Positions 18,635-26,675 of a stretch of 64,000 nt of DNA are shown here, in pieces (position 1 is the first letter of the stretch; the number at the start of each line of letters is the position of its first letter). The translations under genes and the position numbers were made by a program. Location: contig JAIXYI010000084.1 in assembly GCA_027490305.1 (NCBI GenBank), positions 24,193 to 88,192 of the forward strand, written 5' to 3'. Under the pieces are notes generated by a model, which had not been told where the DNA came from, searched no databases, and saw only the letters and a program-made list of their open reading frames with translations. The stretch comes from Flavobacteriaceae bacterium (GTDB lineage: Bacteria > Bacteroidota > Bacteroidia > Flavobacteriales > Flavobacteriaceae).

Positions 18635-20269
18635 ATGGCGACAAAGATTACAATGCCGCGACTGAGCGACACCATGACCGAAGGAACGGTGGCGACCTGG
18701 CTGAAAAAAGTAGGGGATAAAGTAAACGAAGGGGATATCCTGGCGGAGATTGAGACGGATAAAGCGACGATGGAGTTTGAGTCGTTCAACGCCGGAACAC
18801 TGCTGCACATCGGCGTACAGGAAGGTGAAACCGCCCCTGTTGATGCGCTTCTGGCCATCATCGGTAAGGAAGGGGAAGATATATCAGGCCTACTTAACGG
18901 AAATGCTCCCGCTGAGACAACTCCTGCTCCGGCTGCCGAGAGTGCTCCTGCAGCAGAAGCGCCAGTTGCGGCTGCCGCTCCGGCCAGCACGGAACTTCCT
19001 AAAGGTGTAAAGATTGTAACCATGCCGCGTTTGAGCGATACCATGACTGATGGTACGGTCGCTACGTGGCTCAAGAAAGTGGGCGATAAAGTAAACGAAG
19101 GCGACATCCTGGCTGAGATCGAAACCGATAAGGCAACAATGGAGTTCGAATCTTTTAACGCCGGTACATTGTTGTACATCGGCGTGCAGGAGGGTGAAAC
19201 CGCACCGGTTGATTCGGTGTTGGCTATCATCGGGCCGGAAGGAACCGATGTGGCCGGTATCGCCGCTTCGTATGGCAAAGGAGGAGCCGTACCAACTGCC
19301 CCTGCGGCAACAACGGAAGCGCCTGCTGCTGCACCTGCTGTTACTACGGAAACGCACGTGGCCGCAGACGGTCGTCGCGTGTTCATTTCGCCGCTTGCCC
19401 GTAAAATGGCGGAGGAGAAAGGAATCGATATTGCACAAATAAAAGGCACCGGCGAGAACGGTCGCATCGTGAAAAACGATGTCGAAGCGTTCAAGCCTGG
19501 AAGCGTGGCCGCAGCACCTGCTGCAGTGGCGCCTGCTCCGGCCGAGAAAGCAGCTCCAGCGGTTACGCCATTTGTGCCTGCCGGACAAGAATATGCGGAA
19601 GAGGTCAAAAATTCGCAGATGCGTAAGACCATCGCGCGCCGCCTGACAGAATCGAAATCGGGTGCGCCACACTACTACCTCACTATAGAAGTAGCGATGG
19701 ACGACGCCATGAAATCACGCACTGTCATCAATTCGGTTCCGGATACCAAAGTGTCGTTCAATGACATGGTAATCAAGGCCTGTGCTATGGCACTGAAAAA
19801 GCATCCTCAGGTAAATACCTCTTGGAAAGACGACGTGACCATCGTGAACCACCACGTCCACATTGGCGTTGCGGTTGCGGTAGAAGACGGTCTGCTCGTG
19901 CCGGTATTGAAGTTCGCTGATCAAATGACGCTTTCTCAAATCGGAGGTGCCGTAAAAGATATGGCAGGTAAGGCACGAAACAAGAAATTGCAGCCGGCTG
20001 AAATGGAAGGAAGCACCTTCACCGTTTCAAACCTGGGCATGTTCGGCATTAGTGAATTCACATCCATCATCAACCAGCCCAATTCTGCTATTCTTTCCGT
20101 AGGCGCGATCGTCGAAAAACCGGTCGTTCGCGACGGGCAGATTGTGGTCGGACACACCATGAAAGTAACGTTGGCATGTGACCACCGTACGGTCGATGGC
20201 GCAACGGGTGCCCAGTTCCTGCAAACGCTTCGCGTTTATCTGGAGAATCCGGTGACCATGTTGGCGTAA
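18635..20269 (+). CDS. pdhC: Pyruvate dehydrogenase E2 dihydrolipoamide acetyltransferase, two lipoyl domains
   Basis: Two EIETDKATME lipoyl motifs, ISPLARKMA E3-binding domain, catalytic CDHRTVDGATGA. Confidence 0.96.
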   Translation: MATKITMPRLSDTMTEGTVATWLKKVGDKVNEGDILAEIETDKATMEFESFNAGTLLHIGVQEGETAPVDALLAIIGKEGEDISGLLNGNAPAETTPAPAAESAPAAEAPVAAAAPASTELPKGVKIVTMPRLSDTMTDGTVATWLKKVGDKVNEGDILAEIETDKATMEFESFNAGTLLYIGVQEGETAPVDSVLAIIGPEGTDVAGIAASYGKGGAVPTAPAATTEAPAAAPAVTTETHVAADGRRVFISPLARKMAEEKGIDIAQIKGTGENGRIVKNDVEAFKPGSVAAAPAAVAPAPAEKAAPAVTPFVPAGQEYAEEVKNSQMRKTIARRLTESKSGAPHYYLTIEVAMDDAMKSRTVINSVPDTKVSFNDMVIKACAMALKKHPQVNTSWKDDVTIVNHHVHIGVAVAVEDGLLVPVLKFADQMTLSQIGGAVKDMAGKARNKKLQPAEMEGSTFTVSNLGMFGISEFTSIINQPNSAILSVGAIVEKPVVRDGQIVVGHTMKVTLACDHRTVDGATGAQFLQTLRVYLENPVTMLA

Positions 20270-20290
20270 TAGATCCAATCCTATACAATC

Positions 20291-20320
20291 AATCCCGCTT
20301 ACTCAGCGGGATTTTTTTTT
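20291..20320 (+). terminator. Intrinsic terminator after pdhC
   Basis: AATCCCGCT-TACTC-AGCGGGATT followed by a T run that overlaps the convergent LytTR gene stop. Confidence 0.85.
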
Positions 20321-21080
20321 AAAGGTTACGGAAGCCTTCGAGGGCGGTCAGCAGTTGTGCTTTTTTTCGTGACGAAACCGGAAGCGTCGTCTGGTCACTT
20401 AGCAATACATAGCCGCCGTCGCGGTTGATATAGCTGACGAGGTGATCCAGGTTGATGATGTGCGAGTGGTGGATACGTTCAAAACCAGTTCCGCCCGCGG
20501 CAACAGGAAGTAGTTCTTCAAATTCCTTTAACGGTCGCGCGACCAGCAACTTTTTTCCATTGGTAAAATGAACGCAGGTATAATTGCCCTCTGCATTGCA
20601 ACGTACAATCGACTGTAGTTCATAGAGATGGATGCCCTGCGAGGTGTGTAGCGCGATGCGGCGATTCTGTTGTGGAAGCGCCTGATTCCGCAGAAAATTC
20701 TCGATTTGCACGCCCAGATCGGCTGATTTCTGGCTTTGCGCACGTGCAACGGCTTCCTTGAGTTCTGTGGCATCGATAGGCTTAAGGAGGTAGTCAAGTG
20801 CGCTGAACCGAATGGCCTTGATCGCGTATTGGCTGTAAGCAGTGGTGAAAATCACCTGCACCTTTTGACCTTTGCAGGCTTCCAGTATATCGAAACCGAG
20901 TCCATCGGTCAGTTGGATATCCAGGAACACCAATTCGGGCTGGGCACTCGCCATAAGGGCAATGCCATCCTGCACCGTACCTGCGGTTCCGATGACAGAC
21001 AGTTCCGGGCAGTGCTTGGCGATGTCGGCCTTAAGGGCTGATATGGCCTGTTGTTCGTCTTCGATGATAATTGTTCGCAT
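20319..21080 (-). CDS. LytTR family DNA-binding response regulator
   Basis: Receiver IIIEDE...VFLDIQL...FTTAYSQYA...DYLLKP; LytTR output AEGNYT...FERIHHSHIINL...LPVSSRK. Confidence 0.93.
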   Translation of the reverse strand: MRTIIIEDEQQAISALKADIAKHCPELSVIGTAGTVQDGIALMASAQPELVFLDIQLTDGLGFDILEACKGQKVQVIFTTAYSQYAIKAIRFSALDYLLKPIDATELKEAVARAQSQKSADLGVQIENFLRNQALPQQNRRIALHTSQGIHLYELQSIVRCNAEGNYTCVHFTNGKKLLVARPLKEFEELLPVAAGGTGFERIHHSHIINLDHLVSYINRDGGYVLLSDQTTLPVSSRKKAQLLTALEGFRNL

Positions 21081-23993
21081 CTACCAAATGGTTTTAAAAG
21101 GAATAATGAGCGTAACAGTAGTGCCGGCTGCTTCGCCTTTTTCGTCGTAGCGGTCGGTAATCCGGAAATTGGTTTCACCCGGCGTAACGGCCATGAGTTG
21201 CAGTCGCTCGCGCGTAATTTCGATAGCCTTCCCGTCATGATCGCGGTGACGGTTGCGCGTAGCAGATGCAGTGCGGCCGATACCGTCATCCTGGACGGTA
21301 CACACCAACCGGTCGCCGTCGCGCCGAAATGACACTTCGAGCAGGCCTTTCGTTTTTTTCGGTGCCAGGCCATGAATGATGGCATTTTCGATCAGGGGTT
21401 GTAGCAGCAGCGTGGGAATCGCCACTTCGTCACGGTTCATGTTTGGTTCTGAATCGATGCGATAGTCGAAGGCATCCGGATACCGAATCAGCGCGAGGTC
21501 CATATAAAGGGTCAGCATCTGTATCTCGGTAGCCAGTGATATCTGTTGTTCCGCATTTTCCAAAAGCAACCGTAACAAACGTGAGAATTTGGTAATGTAG
21601 GTGCCGGCCAAATCGTCGTTTCGTTCAGAATAGTAGCCTTTTATGGTGTTGAGGGCGTTAAAGATGAAATGCGGGTTCATTTGCATCAGCAGCACTTTTT
21701 GTTCCAGTTCTGCGGCTTTTTTCTCGAGTCGGGCCCGGTCGCGTTCCCGCCGAATTCGGTCGCGTTCTGCCGCAAACTGGGCGTCCAGCGCGCGCAAACG
21801 ACGCTTCCATATTCCATACACAACACCGGTGATGACCAACAATGCAATTACGATAAAGGGCCATCGAAGCCAGAAAGGTTCCCGGATTGTAAATTCAAAA
21901 TTCACGGGCGCACTTGACGTTCCCGATACGTTGATTGCGGCAACAGTAAAGCGGTAGTGGCCTGGGGGAAGTGCTTTATAGCGAATGTCAGTTTCTCCGC
22001 TGATCGTCCAGCCGCGGTCATAGCCGTCGAGTTTGTAGCGATATCGGATGTTTTTGCCCGAGCGGAATGAAATACCGCCGAAAAAGATACGTACTTCGTT
22101 CTGGTCGTAGGAAAGTTTCGTCCCGTTTGCCAAACGATGCGTGTCGTTGACCGTTACCTTGCGGATGCTGATTCGCGGTGGTATCGAAATACCCCGAATG
22201 TCGTGGGCTGCTATGGCAAGTAACGCTTCATCGGATGCTATAAAAAGGGTATCTCCTACGATCTCGGTGTCGTTTACACGCGTTTGACCAAGACCCAGGG
22301 CGCGGTTGAGGTTGGTGACCGTACACCTTCCTTTTTTGATGAGAACCTCGTCAACGCCCGCATTGTGGCTGATAAAGACCGTATTGGGATGGATACCGGG
22401 TTTTATCGCATAAATGCTGTTGCTGCCCAAGCCACTTCGTTTCGTAAGTTCCTGTACGAGTTTCTCGTTTCGATATACTAAAAGGCCTTTTGAATCGGTG
22501 CCCGCGAACAATACATCTCCTGTTTTATAAAGCGTTAGGATGGTAGTCGGACCATCCGGTGTGGGCAGTGGGCGCCGTTGGTTCGGTTTAGACAGTGAGA
22601 TACGGTATACGCCTTTCTTGGTTCCCGCCCAGACATACTGGTCGTTGGCGATGACGCAATAGGTCGGAAAACGCAGTACCACGCTAGAATCCTTCTCACG
22701 GATGGTGTGGTGGGATAGGTTGTACATCGTAGCACGATCGATTCGAAACATCGCTGCCATTCCAATCCAATTCAGTCCTTTCGGGTCGACATACAGGGCT
22801 TTTCCTCCAGGCATGTCGACATCCCGGATGCGGTTGTGGTCGATAAATCGAAAGCCGGCGCTTCCCACAATCGCCGTGAAATCATCCTTGTGATAAATCT
22901 GCGACAGCACACTGTTGGGAGAAGGCGTTTGCGTGGTATTTTCGGTCAGCATCCCATTGTGCCAACGGTAGTAGTCGCTTGAGAATCCGCCCGCCCATAA
23001 TTCGCCCTTGTGGGAAGAAAGACAGTTGGCCACGACATCGCTGCCGTCTCTTTTTTTGATGGCCGTCATATGCCGTGACGGAATCATGAACACACCGTCG
23101 TCAAGGGTTGTCACCCAAATGGTACGTTCGAAATCTTCAGCGACGGAGGATACGGTATGGCCTTTCAGGAAATGGGAGAAACGAGCGCGGCCGTCACGCA
23201 ATTTTCGCCGGAACAAACCATTTCTTGTTCCCAACCAGAGATCTTCTTTTGAATCGATGTGAATACTGATGATTTCATCGTGCTCAAGACCAAGGTTTGC
23301 CACAAGGAGCTGTTGGTGTCCGTCGAAGCTATACAGCCGGTCACCGTCGGAAAAATAGATGCAGTTGCGCCACCTAAGGGTACGGCAAATGTGTTTTCGG
23401 TATTCAGGCCTGCGGAATGTGAACCGAGGCCGTTGCTGTTGGTCTGTCACGCCGTTTCGGAAAAACAACAGGTTTTCGTTTTGGTAACGAAAAACATCGA
23501 GTACCTCAAAACGACGCCCGTTCGAGTGTAAACGGCTTCCGGTTGTAGGGTTGAAGGAAATGTGGTATACATTGCGGTATAAGAAGAAGACATTGCCTTT
23601 TGAATCCCCGGTCACTTTGAGCATCATCGTCGGTTCCGGCGCGCGTATCAGGCGTTTGTCTCGTGCGTCATTGTAGAAACGACCGTTCTGGTAGTACGAA
23701 ATCCGTCCGTTATAGGTCGAAAACCAAATCCGCCCTTCAGGATCCTGGTAGCACCCGAACACCTCATTGTCTCCCAAACCGTCTTCGGTGCTATAATGCT
23801 GGAAATTCGCGCCGTCGAAGCGCAACACGCCAATATCGGTGCCAAACCACATATATCCTTCCCGATCCTGCATGGCGCAGTAGACATTGGACGTAGGTAG
23901 CCCATCCTTCCGCCCAAAGTGCACCGCATAGGGTTCCTGGGCCCAGGTGACCATTGTCCATAATCCGAAAAACACGAGCAAACTGCGCCACAT
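21081..23993 (-). CDS. LytS/YpdA-type sensor histidine kinase with periplasmic beta-propeller and Y_Y_Y domain
   Basis: Start moved to MWRSLLVFF (signal peptide ending TWA-Q). GYMWFGTDIGVLRFDG propeller, YRYKLDGYD YYY, TM PFWLRWPF, H-box QMNPHFIFNALN, LIENAIIHG, DDGIG. Stop abuts the regulator ATG. Confidence 0.92.
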   Translation of the reverse strand: MWRSLLVFFGLWTMVTWAQEPYAVHFGRKDGLPTSNVYCAMQDREGYMWFGTDIGVLRFDGANFQHYSTEDGLGDNEVFGCYQDPEGRIWFSTYNGRISYYQNGRFYNDARDKRLIRAPEPTMMLKVTGDSKGNVFFLYRNVYHISFNPTTGSRLHSNGRRFEVLDVFRYQNENLLFFRNGVTDQQQRPRFTFRRPEYRKHICRTLRWRNCIYFSDGDRLYSFDGHQQLLVANLGLEHDEIISIHIDSKEDLWLGTRNGLFRRKLRDGRARFSHFLKGHTVSSVAEDFERTIWVTTLDDGVFMIPSRHMTAIKKRDGSDVVANCLSSHKGELWAGGFSSDYYRWHNGMLTENTTQTPSPNSVLSQIYHKDDFTAIVGSAGFRFIDHNRIRDVDMPGGKALYVDPKGLNWIGMAAMFRIDRATMYNLSHHTIREKDSSVVLRFPTYCVIANDQYVWAGTKKGVYRISLSKPNQRRPLPTPDGPTTILTLYKTGDVLFAGTDSKGLLVYRNEKLVQELTKRSGLGSNSIYAIKPGIHPNTVFISHNAGVDEVLIKKGRCTVTNLNRALGLGQTRVNDTEIVGDTLFIASDEALLAIAAHDIRGISIPPRISIRKVTVNDTHRLANGTKLSYDQNEVRIFFGGISFRSGKNIRYRYKLDGYDRGWTISGETDIRYKALPPGHYRFTVAAINVSGTSSAPVNFEFTIREPFWLRWPFIVIALLVITGVVYGIWKRRLRALDAQFAAERDRIRRERDRARLEKKAAELEQKVLLMQMNPHFIFNALNTIKGYYSERNDDLAGTYITKFSRLLRLLLENAEQQISLATEIQMLTLYMDLALIRYPDAFDYRIDSEPNMNRDEVAIPTLLLQPLIENAIIHGLAPKKTKGLLEVSFRRDGDRLVCTVQDDGIGRTASATRNRHRDHDGKAIEITRERLQLMAVTPGETNFRITDRYDEKGEAAGTTVTLIIPFKTIW

Positions 23994-23997
23994 CCTA

Positions 23998-24005
23998 CAA
24001 ATGTA
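23998..24005 (-). promoter_or_regulatory. -7 element TACATTTG 4 nt before the kinase ATG
   Basis: Minus strand reads TACATTTG-tagg-ATG. Confidence 0.65.
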
Positions 24006-24166
24006 ACCTTTTGCATTTTGCAACGTGCCGCATGGCAATACGCCGGATTTACCGACAGGTGCAGTTATCGACTGGAAGTGCCCATCTGATAACTTTTTGC
24101 CATCACTTATCCGATTTGCGTAGGGTAGGGCCGTTTACCGTTGTTTTTTTGTAAACATAAGTAACT

Positions 24167-24496
24167 ATGGGAACAACCGTGCATACAATGCGGTATTATG
24201 GAGCGTACGTGGCATTTGGTGCCGCGTGTTGTCTTTTTATACTGGCGGTGGTTTGTTTGTCAGACGGTTTTTCGAACTTTGATTGGGAACACGTCCGGCA
24301 AAACCGGCTTACGGAAGCCCGTCCGGTCCTCCGCTCTTTATTTGCCGGTTTGCCGAATGCGGGTTTGATGCTTTCCTATATCTTGTTCGTGTGGCCCGCT
24401 TTTGCCCTGCGAAAAGGCGCTGCGGCGGATCGTTGGATCAGTGTTTGCTCGTTTGTCATGATTGTCGTTATCCTGTTACTATTTATAAAAAGCTAA
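24167..24496 (+). CDS. Small hypothetical membrane protein (about 3 hydrophobic segments)
   Basis: 109-aa ORF with three hydrophobic stretches, filling the gap and ending 19 bp before the LipL32-like gene. Confidence 0.6.
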   Translation: MGTTVHTMRYYGAYVAFGAACCLFILAVVCLSDGFSNFDWEHVRQNRLTEARPVLRSLFAGLPNAGLMLSYILFVWPAFALRKGAAADRWISVCSFVMIVVILLLFIKS

Positions 24497-24515
24497 CCTT
24501 AAAACACAAAAACCA

Positions 24516-25211
24516 ATGAAAAAACTAATGCTTGCGGCTGCTGTAGCCGTTGCTTTTACATCGGCTACCCATGCGCAGAAGCTTGACAAATTCGGTGCCG
24601 ATCTGGGCAAGAAGAGTGTGATGGGTAAAGAGATCCGTGTGCCGTATACCGATCTTACCAGTTATTTTGGGTATATCAAGCCAGGCGCTGCGCCTGACGA
24701 AGTAAAGAATGGAAAGAAGATGTATTATGTATATGTCTGGATTCCGATCGCGGCCCCGGAAATCGGGATTCGCATGATGTCGCCGGCGCCGGAAGGGATG
24801 AAGCCAGGCGCGAAAGACTTCGTAACGGCTGATTTTACGGCGAATGCTGCCGACACGAAAAACTTCTTCGACACGTGGATCACATTCGAACGTGCCGAAG
24901 GCATCCTGAAACTGGAAGACGCTGCGGCGAAAGCTAAGACGGCTAAATGGGTATCAATCGAGTCGAACGATGACTCGGGCGATATGCCGGCACAACCGTC
25001 CGGAAAGAAATATAATTCGTTGATGCGTATCACCAGCGATCCGAATAATCCAACAAAATCATTGGTGATGGGACTCTATCGTATTGGTTTTACCACGTAT
25101 AAAACGGGTGAAGTACAGGGTAGCTTCCTCGCACAATTGGGTGCGCCTGTAAGCCTTCCGGGAGTAGCCGTAGCGGCACGCCCTGAGGATCTCCTCGCAG
25201 CCAAAAGGTAA
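24516..25211 (+). CDS. LipL32-family protein (Sec/SPI signal, no lipobox)
   Basis: Colinear blocks recalled from Leptospira LipL32: SYFGYIKPGAAPD, YYVYVWIP...EIGIRMMSP, FDTWITFER, KYNSLMRI, LVMGLYRIGFTTYKTGEVQGSF. Confidence 0.88.
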   Translation: MKKLMLAAAVAVAFTSATHAQKLDKFGADLGKKSVMGKEIRVPYTDLTSYFGYIKPGAAPDEVKNGKKMYYVYVWIPIAAPEIGIRMMSPAPEGMKPGAKDFVTADFTANAADTKNFFDTWITFERAEGILKLEDAAAKAKTAKWVSIESNDDSGDMPAQPSGKKYNSLMRITSDPNNPTKSLVMGLYRIGFTTYKTGEVQGSFLAQLGAPVSLPGVAVAARPEDLLAAKR

Positions 25212-25212
25212 A

Positions 25213-25241
25213 TGGAAAGGACGGTCTTGCCGCCCTTTCCA
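25213..25241 (+). other. Stem-loop immediately after the LipL32-like stop
   Basis: TGGAAAGGACGG-TCTTG-CCGCCCTTTCCA, 11 of 12 pairs, no U tract. Confidence 0.6.
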
Positions 25242-25263
25242 CCTATGTATTCGTTTTTGGAGG

Positions 25264-25300
25264 AATCCCGCTGGTTTCACAGCGGGATTTCTTATTTTTA
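25264..25300 (+). terminator. Intrinsic terminator after the LipL32-like gene
   Basis: AATCCCGCTG-GTTTCA-CAGCGGGATT followed by TCTTATTTTT. Confidence 0.75.
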
Positions 25301-25334
25301 GCGACTAGCGGCGAGCGAAGGCCGCAGTAACGTT

Positions 25335-26009
25335 ATGAATAAAATTGTGATTACCGGCACCAGCCGCGGCATCGGATACGAACTGGCCCTGCGCTTTGCC
25401 GAAGCCGGTTGGGAAGTGCTCGCTTTGTCGCGCCAAACCCCACGCGTTTTGATGGAGCACCCTTCCATCACCTGCCTGTCGGTTGACTTCGGCGCCCCCG
25501 ATGCTTTCGAACGCGTTGCATCATTTTTATCGGGATGGGGAGCTATTGACGCGGTAGTGCATAACGCAGGCCGCCTCGTGGCGCGACCTTTTGCCGAGTT
25601 GACCGCAGCCGATTTCCAGTCGGTCTATCAGGTCAACGTTTTTGCCGTGGCCGGATTGACGCAGGTATGTTTGCCGTATTTGACGAAAGGCAGTCATGTG
25701 GTGTCTATCAGTAGTATGGGCGGCGTACAGGGGGCATCAAAATTCCCTGGGCTCGCCGCGTATTCGTCAAGTAAGGCGGCGCTGATCGGGCTTTCGGAAC
25801 TGCTTGCCGAAGAGTATAAAGAAGCCGGAATAGCCTTCAACGTACTCGCCCTGGGTGCCGTACAGACCGAAATGCTCGAAGAAGCCTTTCCGGGGTATAA
25901 AGCACCGGTGACCGCCGCACAGATGGCAGCTTACATCTTTAGGTTTACCATTGAAGGGCATCATTTTCATAACGGTAAAATCCTGGAAGTATCGGTATCG
26001 ACCCCATGA
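25335..26009 (+). CDS. SDR family NAD(P)-dependent oxidoreductase
   Basis: TGTSRGIG, VHNAG, SS...YSSSK catalytic motif. Confidence 0.92.
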   Translation: MNKIVITGTSRGIGYELALRFAEAGWEVLALSRQTPRVLMEHPSITCLSVDFGAPDAFERVASFLSGWGAIDAVVHNAGRLVARPFAELTAADFQSVYQVNVFAVAGLTQVCLPYLTKGSHVVSISSMGGVQGASKFPGLAAYSSSKAALIGLSELLAEEYKEAGIAFNVLALGAVQTEMLEEAFPGYKAPVTAAQMAAYIFRFTIEGHHFHNGKILEVSVSTP

Positions 26010-26611
26010 GCGATGTGTTGCAGAAATACTTACCGGAGCATGCGGTATCACCGGTTTTCGAGTTGATTCGATCAAAAGGCGTACACTTGCGAATCGTAAA
26101 CGAACGGCAAACCCGCCATGGTGACTACCGCCATTCCCCTTTAGGGAAACACGAGATTACGGTGAATGCGAACCTAAACCGCTATCGCTTCCTCATTACA
26201 CTGATACACGAAATCGCGCATTTGGTCGCGTTTGAAACCTTCGGCCGCGGGATAAAACCGCATGGAGTAGAATGGAAGATGACCTTCCAACGGCTGATGG
26301 CTCCTTTTATTCGTCCGGAGATCTTTCCGGCATCTGTGCTTCCCTTGGTAGCAAGACATTTCCGGAATCCGACCGCCAGTAGTGATACCGATCCCCATCT
26401 TTCTCGGGCGCTGAAGTCGTTTGATGAACAGACCGAAGATCGTTGTTATGTGTCGGAAGTGCCCAATGGACACCTATTTCGAATAAAAGGAGGACGTGTA
26501 TTCCGTAAAGTCGGCCTTCGGGTAAAACGCTACCAATGTGTGGAAGTGACGACGGGTCGCGTTTTCCTTTTTAATGCAAACGCGGAAGTTGAAATCGTGC
26601 CCGGCGATTGA
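26006..26611 (+). CDS. SprT-like zinc metalloprotease domain protein (not the T9SS SprT/PorT)
   Basis: TLIHEIAHL (HExxH) and PHGVEWK; 4-nt overlap with the SDR gene. Confidence 0.85.
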   Translation: MSDVLQKYLPEHAVSPVFELIRSKGVHLRIVNERQTRHGDYRHSPLGKHEITVNANLNRYRFLITLIHEIAHLVAFETFGRGIKPHGVEWKMTFQRLMAPFIRPEIFPASVLPLVARHFRNPTASSDTDPHLSRALKSFDEQTEDRCYVSEVPNGHLFRIKGGRVFRKVGLRVKRYQCVEVTTGRVFLFNANAEVEIVPGD

Positions 26612-26675
26612 TTTCGCTTTTCTTTGGCGCTACAACTCATATTGTTTTACTATTTTTAGTGTAGAAATACATCCA

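Noticed and set aside
18628-19672. 334-aa and 260-aa antisense ORFs over pdhC
   Set aside because: Mirror of the Ala/Pro linkers and lipoyl repeats; no independent coding signal.
17633-20269. Missing pdhB, and likewise gcvT/gcvH beside gcvP and mlaD beside mlaFE
   Set aside because: Split arrangements are, to my knowledge, normal in Flavobacteriaceae; the partners are probably elsewhere in the genome.
26006-26611. Calling this the T9SS gene sprT
   Set aside because: Name collision: it is an HExxH SprT-like protease domain, not the PorT-type beta-barrel.
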